NCBI GenBank assembly: GCA_031416855.1
Contig: JANOUM010000365.1
Coordinates: forward strand, 1 to 33,507
Origin: Rhodoferax sp.
GTDB lineage: Bacteria; Pseudomonadota; Gammaproteobacteria; Burkholderiales; Burkholderiaceae_C
DNA: 33,507 nt
Direction: 5' to 3'
The notes beneath the pieces are model-generated. The model searched no databases. It saw only the letters and a list, made by a program, of their open reading frames with translations, and was not told the origin of the DNA. Below, in pieces: positions 17,252 to 26,603 of the stretch (position 1 is its first letter; each line of letters starts with the position of its first letter). Made by a program: the position numbers and the translations under genes.

Positions 17252-19444
17252 TCAACGAGATACCGGCGCTGGCTTGACGGCAATCGGCAAGGCGCTCATG
17301 CGCGGGATACCGCTGATCGGGTCGCGTTCATCCATGCCCACAAGCCGGGTCACCGAGCCAAGGGGCAGTTCGTCATCCGGCCTGGCGTGTGTCGCCGAGC
17401 CACCGAACCCGTGGACCACAGAAACCAGGCCGATTCGCAGGCTGTCGTCCGCTTCGACGCGCGCCAGCATCGTGCCGTGGCGCGAACGCACCTCGATCAA
17501 TGCGCCATCGGGGATCCCCAGAGCGGCGAGATCCTGCGGATGCATGAATGCCGGCGTATGGGTGCGCCCCCGGTCGAGATATGCCAAGCCGGCTCCGACC
17601 GAGTTCATGAAGTTGTTGGCGCGCCGGCACACCAGCGTGAGCGGAAACGCAGGGTCAGCCACCCACTGTGCGCTGACGGGATGCAGATCACGCAGTTCCT
17701 GCAGCATCGTCGGGTCACCCAATTGCAGCATGGCGCTGCATCCCGGTTCGCGCGGCAATACCCGGACGTCCAGATCGTAGACCTTGCCGTGCGCATGGGA
17801 CTTCACCACGTCCAGCGGCACCCGTGCGTCGCTGCACGCCAGGCCGATCATCTCCTCAGTGGTCGGCACATGCGCCATGTCGAGTCGAATGGTCTGTGAC
17901 GGCCCTTCCAGATTGGGCCCCTGGCCACGTTGGTTGACCCAGTCCAGTTGCAGCCCCATGCGCTGGGCCAGGCCAAAAAAGAAGGCCCCATCGTCGACCA
18001 GGTCTGAGCCCACAGGCACACGCGCGATGGCCGGCGTGTATTGCGCCCACGGCATCGCGTACCCGCGCGACACACCGTAGTACTTGAGGGATTCGACCAT
18101 CTGGGTCGTGCCTGGCAATTCGAGCGACAGTGGCGGCGGAACCACAAAGTGGGCAAACTGCGCGGTGGCGGTCATCCGGTAGTCCAGCACCACCAGCAAT
18201 TCAAGCTTGCGCAGCGCCGCCTCGGTCTTTTCCTGGTCCGGCCAGGCCAGCACCGGGTTGCCGCCCAGGCACAGCAGCACCTTGATCTGCCCATCACCAT
18301 CCAACAGGATTTCATCGGCCAGTGCCGCGGTGGGCACACCGCTTGCGTTCTCCATCAGCCCGTGCACCCGCATCGGCCGGTCGCTGACGACCGGGTATGG
18401 CGCATAGGGTTGGGCCCGCGGTTGAAACGCCGGCAACAGAACGTTGGGATGGGGTGCCTTTTCACCCTCGCGCGCCCAGCGGCCACACAGCGTGTTCAGG
18501 CACAGTGCCAGGTAGTAGCTCAGATTGCTATGGGTGGAAAAGCTCGGCCCTGTGGAACACACGACGCCTCCCCGCTTGGCACTGCCGAAGATACGCGCTG
18601 CAGCCAGCAACCGGTCCACCGGGACATCCGCAACACTTGCGACAAACTCGGGGGTGTACCGCGCCACCTCGTCGCGCAACGCGTCAAGGCCAACGGCATT
18701 CAGGGCCACGAAATCGGCATCCAGCAGGCCTTCAGCGAGGATGAGGTGGATCAGCCCGGCCAGCAGCACCGCGTCCGTGCCCGGGCGCAGCTGCAGGTGG
18801 ACAGCCGCGCGTTTCGCGGTCTCGGTACGGCGTGGATCGATCACGACCATCTTCATGCCGCGTTGCTGCGCCTCCTTCAATCGCATACCCGGGTTGTTGA
18901 GCGGGCCACCGTTGGACTTGGCAATCACAGGGTTGGCACCCACCATGATCCAGGTGTCGGACGTCTCGAAGGTCTGCAACCCGGCATGCCAGTTACCGTG
19001 CAAGGCCACAGAGGTGTATTCGGCCGGCTTGTCGATGCTGGCGGCGGAAAAATTCATGCGCGAACCGATGGCCCGCAGCCAAGCGCCCATGATGGGCGCG
19101 CTGCTGGGGTGCGACACCTGCCCACTGCCACGGTACATGGCGACAGCACGCGGCCCATGCCGGGCGAGCACCTCTTGCACTTTCGCAGCCACCTGGTCCA
19201 TGGCCAAACTTGAATCGATCGTAACGAAGCGCCCGTCCGCCTGGCGTTGCAGGCAGTGCGTCAGGCGCGCCGGGTCATTGTGCTGCGCCGGCAGCGCGCG
19301 GCCCTTGGGACAGCTATAGCCGTCGAAGGCGGGTGCTTGCAGGTCGCCGGTGACATGGACCGCACGTCCGTCCTCGACCGTGACGAGGATCGGACAGTAG
19401 GCCAGGCAGTTGCGACAGATTCCGGGGACGATCTTGGTTTCCAT
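17252..19444 (-). CDS. Molybdopterin (bis-MGD) oxidoreductase, uncharacterised DMSO-reductase-superfamily member
   Basis: CRNCLAYC..CPKG [4Fe-4S] motif, GANPVIA, IDPRRTETA, RPGTD, GGNP, MHPQD..VRSRHG C-terminal MGD-binding domain; no Tat signal; RBS GAGG. Confidence 0.9.
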   Translation of the reverse strand: METKIVPGICRNCLAYCPILVTVEDGRAVHVTGDLQAPAFDGYSCPKGRALPAQHNDPARLTHCLQRQADGRFVTIDSSLAMDQVAAKVQEVLARHGPRAVAMYRGSGQVSHPSSAPIMGAWLRAIGSRMNFSAASIDKPAEYTSVALHGNWHAGLQTFETSDTWIMVGANPVIAKSNGGPLNNPGMRLKEAQQRGMKMVVIDPRRTETAKRAAVHLQLRPGTDAVLLAGLIHLILAEGLLDADFVALNAVGLDALRDEVARYTPEFVASVADVPVDRLLAAARIFGSAKRGGVVCSTGPSFSTHSNLSYYLALCLNTLCGRWAREGEKAPHPNVLLPAFQPRAQPYAPYPVVSDRPMRVHGLMENASGVPTAALADEILLDGDGQIKVLLCLGGNPVLAWPDQEKTEAALRKLELLVVLDYRMTATAQFAHFVVPPPLSLELPGTTQMVESLKYYGVSRGYAMPWAQYTPAIARVPVGSDLVDDGAFFFGLAQRMGLQLDWVNQRGQGPNLEGPSQTIRLDMAHVPTTEEMIGLACSDARVPLDVVKSHAHGKVYDLDVRVLPREPGCSAMLQLGDPTMLQELRDLHPVSAQWVADPAFPLTLVCRRANNFMNSVGAGLAYLDRGRTHTPAFMHPQDLAALGIPDGALIEVRSRHGTMLARVEADDSLRIGLVSVVHGFGGSATHARPDDELPLGSVTRLVGMDERDPISGIPRMSALPIAVKPAPVSR

Positions 19445-19469
19445 GTGTTTTCCTCACTTTACTTTGGTT

Positions 19470-20246
19470 TCACGTTTCAGCGCCGGGCCGGCGCAGCCTT
19501 TGCAATCGCGCATCGATCAACGACCTGTCAACCGGCATGTTATTGGCCATCGAGGCGTTCCGCTCGAGCAGCAGCGCCTGGCCAAAGCTTGTCGCAGCTT
19601 CGTTGTCCAGCAGCTGCTTGTAGGCGACCAGGGTCTCAGGCACACCCAGCAGCATCTGCCGCGCCATGCCCCAGGCCCCGGGCATCAGGTCGTCCGGAGC
19701 AAACACCTGGTTCACGAGACCCCAGGAAGCCGCCTCGGCGGCACTGAAGAAACGCCCGGTCAATGCCAGCTCCTTGGCCCGATGCAGGCCAACCCGGCGT
19801 GCCATGCGCACCGACCCACCCCACCCGGGCAGCAGGCCAACACGCACATGGGTATCGGCGAACCGGGCCGCACTCGACGCCAGGACAACGTCGCAGGCCA
19901 ATGCAATTTCGAGCCCCCCGGTGATCGCCAGTCCATTGATCGCACCGATCACCGGACCGGTGAAGCGCGACAGCGCCTGGACCGCGTCCCACTCATAGGC
20001 AGCGGCCGACACGACACCCGGGCCGGACCATTCGTCCAGATCGAGGCCGGCTGTGAACGCTCGCCCGGCACCGGACAGGATCAACACCCTCGTCAGCGGG
20101 TCGGCCTCCAACATGTCGATGGCGGCGGCCAGTTCCTGGCGCAAGCGGATCGACAGCGTGTTGAGCTTCTCGGGGCGGTTGAACACCAGCGTCGCAAAAC
20201 CTTCCGCGCACTGCTCGACGAGGATGGTGTCAAACGCGGGCGTCAT
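19470..20246 (-). CDS. Enoyl-CoA hydratase/isomerase
   Basis: FTAGLDL, INGLAITGGLE, FADTHVRVGLLPGWG; RBS GGAGG. Confidence 0.9.
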   Translation of the reverse strand: MTPAFDTILVEQCAEGFATLVFNRPEKLNTLSIRLRQELAAAIDMLEADPLTRVLILSGAGRAFTAGLDLDEWSGPGVVSAAAYEWDAVQALSRFTGPVIGAINGLAITGGLEIALACDVVLASSAARFADTHVRVGLLPGWGGSVRMARRVGLHRAKELALTGRFFSAAEAASWGLVNQVFAPDDLMPGAWGMARQMLLGVPETLVAYKQLLDNEAATSFGQALLLERNASMANNMPVDRSLIDARLQRLRRPGAET

Positions 20247-20307
20247 GGAAATCCTCCAGAGGGGTCGACATATAAGACAGAATGCGTGTGCCCTGGGTGC
20301 CGGGCGC

Positions 20308-21108
20308 TCAGTCCGGATCGGGGCGTTTGCGCGCGGTCAACGCCGCGGCGGCACGGGCCAGATCACCCGTTCCACGCACCATGATCTGGGTCCGGTTCTC
20401 GAGTTCAATGGCAGCCTGCAGACTGGCAGCCTCGACGTTGGCCCAGGCGCCGCGTTTGGTCATCCACACACCCAGGGCGGAGCAGCCGGCGATGGCACGG
20501 GCGGTGACCATGGCGCGATCCAGAAGCCCTTCGTCCGACGGTGCCAGCGACGACACCAGCCCGATCCGCTCGGCCTCGACCGCGCCCACCATGCGGCCCG
20601 TCAGCATGATCTCGAAGGCCCGGCTCATGCCGATGCACCGCGGCAGCAACCAGCTCACGCCGATGTCGCAACTGCTCATGCCCACCTTCACGAAGGCCGC
20701 GTTGAAAACTGCCGAAGGCGCCGCGATGCGGATATCGCAGGCCAAAGCAAGCCCCATACCGGCGCCGTTGGCAGGCCCATTGACCGCGGCGATGGCCGGG
20801 ACACGCAGCGCACGCAGGCGAGTCACGATACCGGCAAAGGCTTCCTGGCGCGCGGCCCAGGCTCCGACTTCGCCGAGTTCGAGTGTCAGAGGTGCCTGGT
20901 CGGCCAGGGTCAGGTCGAAGCCGGCGCAAAACCCGCGGCCTTCACCGGTCAAGATCAACACGCGCAAGGTCGCGTCGTTGGCGAGCCGTTCCAGAATTTG
21001 CGTGAATTCGGCAACCGCGTCGTCGGTCAGTGCGTTCAGTCGCGCCGGCCGGTTCATTCGCAGCACGGCGATTCCCTGCCCGGTGTTTTCCAGGGTCAGG
21101 TCAGTCAT
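20308..21108 (-). CDS. Enoyl-CoA hydratase/isomerase
   Basis: FCAGFDL, VNGPANGAG, FVKVGMSSCDIG; overlaps the upstream kinase gene by 8 bp. Confidence 0.9.
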   Translation of the reverse strand: MTDLTLENTGQGIAVLRMNRPARLNALTDDAVAEFTQILERLANDATLRVLILTGEGRGFCAGFDLTLADQAPLTLELGEVGAWAARQEAFAGIVTRLRALRVPAIAAVNGPANGAGMGLALACDIRIAAPSAVFNAAFVKVGMSSCDIGVSWLLPRCIGMSRAFEIMLTGRMVGAVEAERIGLVSSLAPSDEGLLDRAMVTARAIAGCSALGVWMTKRGAWANVEAASLQAAIELENRTQIMVRGTGDLARAAAALTARKRPDPD

Positions 21109-22162
21109 GGCTCTGGTCCGTGATCAGGCCCAGGCCCCGAGCCGCGTACGCCTGCGAGAGCCTGCGCCCCACACGGGCCGCATCGGGCAGGAATCCATTA
21201 CCGGCCTCGCCCCGGCTGGCGACGCCCGCACTGCCCACCGCCGCACGGAACATGGCAAAAACCTTGTGGAAGGTGGTCATGCGTTCGCGCGAGGCGGCCA
21301 GCGCGTAGTACCGTTCAAGATAAGCGTCTTCCTGCGGAATCCCCAGTTCTTCCAACGGCAGGCCCAGCACGCCGCCGTTCTCGTCCGGGGCCATGCACCA
21401 GGCCTGGCAGTTGAATGCCACGTCGACCAGTGGGTGCCCCAGCGTCGAGAGCTCCCAGTCGAGCACACCGATGACCCGTGGTTCGGTGGCATGAAACATC
21501 AGGTTGCCAATACGAAAATCGCCATGACACAAGGTCAGCAGTTCGCTCTGCGGTACGCGCTCCTTGAGCCAGGCCACGACGCGGTCGAGCGAAGGATTGT
21601 CGTCATCGCCCCGGCGAAACACCGCCCACTGCTCTGTCCAGCGCTTGAGTTGCCGCGCAAAGTAGTTGCCCGGGCGCCCATAGTCGGACAGACCCAGCGC
21701 ATGGTAGTCCAGGCGGTGGACGGCCGCCATGGTGACCGCCATCGCATCGAACAAGGCCCGGCGCTCACCGCTCAGCAGGCCCGGCGTTGCGTACGCGTGA
21801 AACACCCGCCCATGCAGATGCTCCATCAGATAGAACGGCGTCCCGAGCACTTCGCGGTCGGTGCAGTAATGCAGCGCGCGCGGCACCGGCACGTCGGTGC
21901 CCTGCAGCGCCGTAAATACCCGGAACTCGCGGTCGATTGCATGCGCGGACGGCAGCACCACCCCGGTTGGCTGCTTGCGCAGCACCGCTTGCCAGGAACC
22001 GCGTTGCACGAAGTAGGTCGGGTTGGACATGCCGCCTTCAGTGCGCCGCAGCTGCAGCGGCCCATCGGCCGCGCCGTACAGCGTGCGCAGGTAGTCTTCG
22101 AGGCGTGCGGGATCGAAGTCCAGCACGCACTCGCCGCCCACGACAGCGGCCTGCACAGTCAT
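21101..22162 (-). CDS. APH/phosphotransferase family kinase (ACAD10/11 kinase-domain-like)
   Basis: GGMSNPTY, VLRKQP, SAHAIDRE, GTPFYLME, HGDFRIGN, LDWELSTLGHP. Start ATG 22162 is ATGA-coupled to the acyl-CoA dehydrogenase stop. Confidence 0.9.
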   Translation of the reverse strand: MTVQAAVVGGECVLDFDPARLEDYLRTLYGAADGPLQLRRTEGGMSNPTYFVQRGSWQAVLRKQPTGVVLPSAHAIDREFRVFTALQGTDVPVPRALHYCTDREVLGTPFYLMEHLHGRVFHAYATPGLLSGERRALFDAMAVTMAAVHRLDYHALGLSDYGRPGNYFARQLKRWTEQWAVFRRGDDDNPSLDRVVAWLKERVPQSELLTLCHGDFRIGNLMFHATEPRVIGVLDWELSTLGHPLVDVAFNCQAWCMAPDENGGVLGLPLEELGIPQEDAYLERYYALAASRERMTTFHKVFAMFRAAVGSAGVASRGEAGNGFLPDAARVGRRLSQAYAARGLGLITDQSHD

Positions 22163-23418
22163 GCGTGCGTGCCGGAGGGCGCCTTCTTGCCGCCGAAGCC
22201 GAACAGGTATTGGGCCACGCGGCGCATTTGAACTTCTTCCGTGCCTTCGGTGATCCGGTAACGTCGATGGTGGCGGTAGATGTGCTCGAACGGCAACGCC
22301 CGGCTGTAGCCCATGCCGCCATGAACCTGCATCGCGCGGTCGGCGGCCTCGCAACACAAACGGTTTGCGCGAAAGTTGCAGATCGACACCATGTCGCTGA
22401 TCTCGAGCGCGTCCTGGCGGTCCATTTGCCAGGCGGTCTTGAAGATGAAGTTACGCACCATCTCGCATTCCGCATACAACTCGACCAGGGGAAACTGGAT
22501 CGCCTGCTTCTTCGACAGGGGTTCACCAAAAGCGATACGCGAACGGGCGTACTTGGCAGCTGCGGCAATGCAGTAACGTGCCGCACCGGCGCTGGCGGCC
22601 GCCTGGCGAATCCGGTTCTCATGGACAAAACGCTGTGCCACCATCAGGCCCTGCCCTTCCTTGTACAGGATGGCACTGTCGGGCACGCGAACATCCTTCA
22701 ACTCGACCTCTGCATGGTCGCTGGGCATGTTGAAGGTCCAGTGGTTGTACAAGACTTTGTGGCCCGGCGCATCGGTGGGAACGATGAAGGCCGTGATGCC
22801 GTTGGCGTCGCCCGATGTGCCGGAGGTGCGTGCAAAGACGAGATTGCCATGGGCGCGCCCGACCTGGCTGTTCCAGCGCTTCATGCCGTTGACCACCCAG
22901 TGGTCCCCGTCGCGCCGGGCGGTGGTGTCCATCCAGGTGGCGTCGCTGCCGTGCGCCGGTTCGGTGAGCGCGAATGCCAAGTGCATCTCGCCGGTGATTA
23001 TGCCTTCGATGTATTTCTTCTGGTCTGGCGTGCCGTAGGCCTCGATCACCGGCACGATGGGGAAATTGCCGACGATGGACGACTCGTCCTGCAGGTCATT
23101 GTGCAGACCCAGACCCTTCGCCGCCAGATGCTCTCGGATGGCAGCGATGGCCAGGTTGGAGCCCGCGGACCCGCCACAACTCACGGGCAACCCATAACGC
23201 AGATGGCCCGCGCGGTCTGCACGGCGTTCCATCTCGGTGATCAAAGCACGCCAGCTGTCACGTGGGCGCCCGTCGTTGTCCCAGTCCGTCCGTGCATGCT
23301 CGCGCCGGTGGTCGAAATACTGGATGTTGTCGCGTTCCAGCGGCTTGATCTCGGCTTCGATGAACGCATCGAGTTCGGCCAGCTTTGCCGTGATTTCCGA
23401 CGGCAGATGAAAGTCCAT
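22159..23418 (-). CDS. Acyl-CoA dehydrogenase
   Basis: FALTEPAHGSD, NGMKRWNS, RIAFGEPL..QAIQFPL, AMQVHGGMG, RITEGTEE; RBS AAGGAG before ATG 23418. Confidence 0.92.
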   Translation of the reverse strand: MDFHLPSEITAKLAELDAFIEAEIKPLERDNIQYFDHRREHARTDWDNDGRPRDSWRALITEMERRADRAGHLRYGLPVSCGGSAGSNLAIAAIREHLAAKGLGLHNDLQDESSIVGNFPIVPVIEAYGTPDQKKYIEGIITGEMHLAFALTEPAHGSDATWMDTTARRDGDHWVVNGMKRWNSQVGRAHGNLVFARTSGTSGDANGITAFIVPTDAPGHKVLYNHWTFNMPSDHAEVELKDVRVPDSAILYKEGQGLMVAQRFVHENRIRQAAASAGAARYCIAAAAKYARSRIAFGEPLSKKQAIQFPLVELYAECEMVRNFIFKTAWQMDRQDALEISDMVSICNFRANRLCCEAADRAMQVHGGMGYSRALPFEHIYRHHRRYRITEGTEEVQMRRVAQYLFGFGGKKAPSGTHA

Positions 23419-23829
23419 CGCGCAAACTCCTTGGTGGGACGGTGCCGACAGGATCGACACGAAAAATTGATAAGTTTTAAATACAGTACACCAGTATATT
23501 ATCTTCGAAGACAAGAATGCCGAAGTGCTGGTGAATCTCCTTCACGCAGTTTGCGGTATTGAGGGATGAGTCCACGCTCTCCAGTAGGTCCGCCACGCGA
23601 AACATTGCACGACCCTGCGATGCCGCCACGAACGGGTCGAGCGGCAGCACATCGGTAAGATTCGTTGCAAAGCGAAGCTCCATGAAGTACGGCGTTCGAC
23701 CAACTCATAGCGCATCCCGCGTTGAGGATGAAAGGGGTGGTTATCGTGGCTGCTCTGGCCATCCGCGGGAGCGATTGCATCGATGAATTCCCCACCGCGC
23801 TGCGGCGAAGCGACGCTCACGCAGGCAGC

Positions 23830-24918
23830 TCAGAAGTCAATCACCACCCGCCGTGCGGCGCCCGAGGCGAGCAGATCGAAACCCTCGCCGATCTGGTCCA
23901 GGCGGATGCGGTGCGAGATCAGGTTATCGAGATGCAGGCGACCGTCCAGGTACATGTCCACGAGTTGGGGCAATTCGGTCCGGGTCTTGACGTTGCCCAG
24001 GTAAGAGCCCATCAGGCGCCGCCCTTCCTGGATGGAGCGCGGTCGCAGCGCCAGTTCCTGCGCGCCCGGCAACACCCCGAGCATCACCGTGGTGCCCCAG
24101 CCAATACGAGTGCATTCGACCGCCTGGCGCAGGATGTCGGCATGCCCGACACATTCGAACGCGTAGTCCGCACCACCACCCGTCAGTTCACGAATCGACC
24201 CCAGGACATCGATGCCCGGTTTCGATGCGTCCAGGAAATGCGTCACCCCCGCCACACGTGAAAACGGCTCTTTGGCCGGGTTCGAATCGACACCGATGAT
24301 CATGCTGGCACCTGCGATGCGGGCGCCTTCGACGACATTCAGACCGATACCGCCCAGGCCGAAAACCACTGCGGAAGTGCCTGCCTCCATGCGCGCCGTA
24401 AAGAGCACTGCACCAAGACCGGTGGCGCCGGCGCACCCCAGGCAACACACGATGTCCATTGGTGCCAGCGGGGAGATCTTCGTGACCTGGATGTCGCGCA
24501 CGACAATGCGCTGCGAGAACGTGCCCAACTCGCAAAAGGCTCTCGTTGGCTTACCGTGCAGCCGAAACGGACGGCGGCTGGTTGGCTTGAAGTATTGATC
24601 GCACAGGTTGGTCTTGCGGCTACGGCATGCCGGGCATTCGCCGCACTCGGGAATTCCCACTGGAATGACGTGGTCACCGGGTTGCACGTGGGTGACCCCG
24701 GGGCCACATTCGAGCACCACGCCGGCTCCCTCATGGCCCAGAACCAGGGGGTAATCGGACCAGTCCCGCGAACCGTCGAAGAACGACATGTCGGAACGGC
24801 ACAGGCCGGCCGCCTTCATCTCGATCAGCACCTCGCGCTCGCGCACGCCATCGAGCTGGAAAGTGTCGATGGCGATGCGCGTGTTTTGCCCGTGCGCGAA
24901 GGCGGCCAGTACGTCCAT
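23830..24918 (-). CDS. Zn-dependent alcohol dehydrogenase, class III-like
   Basis: GLCRSD, LGHEGAG, CGECPAC..NLC structural Zn site, LGCAGATG, GLGGIG; RBS GGAG. Confidence 0.88.
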   Translation of the reverse strand: MDVLAAFAHGQNTRIAIDTFQLDGVREREVLIEMKAAGLCRSDMSFFDGSRDWSDYPLVLGHEGAGVVLECGPGVTHVQPGDHVIPVGIPECGECPACRSRKTNLCDQYFKPTSRRPFRLHGKPTRAFCELGTFSQRIVVRDIQVTKISPLAPMDIVCCLGCAGATGLGAVLFTARMEAGTSAVVFGLGGIGLNVVEGARIAGASMIIGVDSNPAKEPFSRVAGVTHFLDASKPGIDVLGSIRELTGGGADYAFECVGHADILRQAVECTRIGWGTTVMLGVLPGAQELALRPRSIQEGRRLMGSYLGNVKTRTELPQLVDMYLDGRLHLDNLISHRIRLDQIGEGFDLLASGAARRVVIDF

Positions 24919-25001
24919 GTTGTTCTCCGTCTTGCACGACAGTGCGGCGAGACGCCGCCGTCAGTGCAGCATCGCTCAATAAAGGCGCGCGTGGCGCGAT
25001 G

Positions 25002-25958
25002 TCAGCTATGGTTCTGCAGGCGCTTGCGCAAGGACTGGGTCGCTGGCACCATAGGCACCTCGGCCACCTCCGCCTCAGCCGGAACCCCCTTGCACCCCGG
25101 CACGCAGTGCTGAGCTTCGTCCATCTGCAGGTCCAGCCGTCCGTCGAGCGCCAGCGCAATTTCGTCCTTGTGCTCTGCCCGGTAATCGTCGAGCGCCAAC
25201 AAGGCCGCGCCCAGCGCGCCCGCTGTCTGCGGCGTCGTGGGCAGGTGGATCGGCATGCCAAGCGCTTTCTGGATATGGTGCACGGCGGCAGGATTTTTTG
25301 CGACACCGCCGGTCATGACCACCGGGCCCTTCTTGCCGACACGCCCCACCAGCCCCATGGTGCGATTGGCGATGGCAGCGTGCACCGCGCCCAGCACATT
25401 GGGCTTGGTATTGCCTTCCGCCAGCAACGAAATCACCTCGGTCTCGGCGAACGTCGCGCACATGCTGGAGATCTTGAGTTCTTCCTTGGCCTCCAGCGCA
25501 ATGTTCCCCATGTCATGCAATTCAATCTGCATCGCACGCGCCAGAACCTCCAGGAACTTGCCGGTACCGGCGGCACAACGGTCGTTCATGGCAAACTGCG
25601 CCACGAGGCCATTGGCATCCACCGCGATGACCTTGCTGTCCTGCCCGCCAATGTCGATGACCAGCCGCGCATCGGGCACCATCGCCACCGCGCCGCGCGC
25701 ATGGCAGGTAATTTCCGTGTAGTTCTTGTCGGCGATGTCGAGCATGCGCCGGCCGTAGCCGGTGCTCACCGTGCGCCCGACATCCGCCTGGGTAATGCCT
25801 GCGTCTTTCAGCGCGCCCTCGATTGACGACTTGACACCCTCGCCGCTTACAGCACCCATGTGCGCGACGTTGGACGCCACCACCTTACCCTGCAGGTCGA
25901 GGATCACGGTCTTGGCCGTCGTCGACCCGAAGTCGATGCCCATCACAAAATGTTTCAT
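25002..25958 (-). CDS. Acyl-CoA dehydratase/reductase activase (ASKHA ATPase, HgdC/BcrAD family)
   Basis: GIDFGSTTAK, TGYGR, EITCH, DIGGQDSK, NDRCAAGTG, SSMCATFAE, TGGVAKN; RBS AGGAGG. Confidence 0.92.
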   Translation of the reverse strand: MKHFVMGIDFGSTTAKTVILDLQGKVVASNVAHMGAVSGEGVKSSIEGALKDAGITQADVGRTVSTGYGRRMLDIADKNYTEITCHARGAVAMVPDARLVIDIGGQDSKVIAVDANGLVAQFAMNDRCAAGTGKFLEVLARAMQIELHDMGNIALEAKEELKISSMCATFAETEVISLLAEGNTKPNVLGAVHAAIANRTMGLVGRVGKKGPVVMTGGVAKNPAAVHHIQKALGMPIHLPTTPQTAGALGAALLALDDYRAEHKDEIALALDGRLDLQMDEAQHCVPGCKGVPAEAEVAEVPMVPATQSLRKRLQNHS

Positions 25959-25986
25959 CAGAACCTCCTGGGAACAAACACCGGGT

Positions 25987-26495
25987 TCAAGCCGTCACAA
26001 GCCGGCGCGCGTCGATTGCCTCCAGCATGGCCTCGACACGGCTGTTGACCAATTCGTCCTTGTAGAAGGAGTCGTCCGTCACATCGCCCTCGAACATGGA
26101 CGTCGGGATACCCAGGCGTTTGGTGGCTGCCTCGGCGATCATGAACTGCGGGTTGGTGAACGCCCGGCAGGTTCTGGATGCGTGGATCACCATGCCATCG
26201 ACTTCGTACTTGCTGCACAGATCCATGATCAGGTCGATCAGGATTGGCGCCGAGTGGTTGTTTGGGCAAATCAGGTAATTCTGCGCCATACCCAACACGG
26301 GGTCCTGGGGGTTGATCAGTTTGGACTCCTGCCAGAACGCCATATGGGTGTAACGACCGGCGATGACGGCCACGTCGTATTTGGCGAACTTCTCGGCCAA
26401 CCAGCCGACCTTGGTCCAGTTCATGATGCCGTCGAAGAACAGGCGGTAACGCTCCTTGCGCACAGCCCCTTCTCCGGCTGCCACCCGCGCCGAAA
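25987..26495 (-). pseudogene. C-terminal fragment of a 2-hydroxyacyl-CoA dehydratase / class I benzoyl-CoA reductase subunit (HgdA/BcrB/BzdO family)
   Basis: GEGAVRKERYRLFFDG..YEVDGMVIHASRTCRAF..GIPTSMFEGDVTD..RVEAMLE; about 170 codons of a protein normally about 400 aa. Upstream of ~26495 the sequence becomes lower-GC and non-homologous. Breakpoint is approximate. Confidence 0.75.
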
Positions 26496-26582
26496 ACTTC
26501 GAGGATTTGTGCTTTGTCCAAAGTACTCTCCAGCTTGCCCCGACATCCGGAGCGCCATGCCAGCAAACCGCCAGCAAACATT

Positions 26583-26603
26583 TAAGTGAGTCTAGCTCAT
26601 TTA
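26583..26603. promoter_or_regulatory. Inverted repeat TAAGTGAG-TCTAG-CTCATTTA
   Basis: 7/8 arm match in an AT-rich patch upstream of the racemase/TRAP genes; resembles the site at 16351. Confidence 0.45.

Noticed and set aside
23467-23480. FNR-like TTGAT-AAGT-TTTAA
   Set aside because: The second half-site has two mismatches and lies in AT-rich promoter DNA; compatible with chance.
20282-23562. Long plus-strand ORFs of 649 and 541 aa
   Set aside because: Antisense shadows of the crotonase, kinase and acyl-CoA dehydrogenase genes, common in high-GC DNA.
23500-23820. Short ORFs between the acyl-CoA dehydrogenase and ADH genes
   Set aside because: No clear RBS or recognisable motifs; possibly a degraded remnant, but unsupported.
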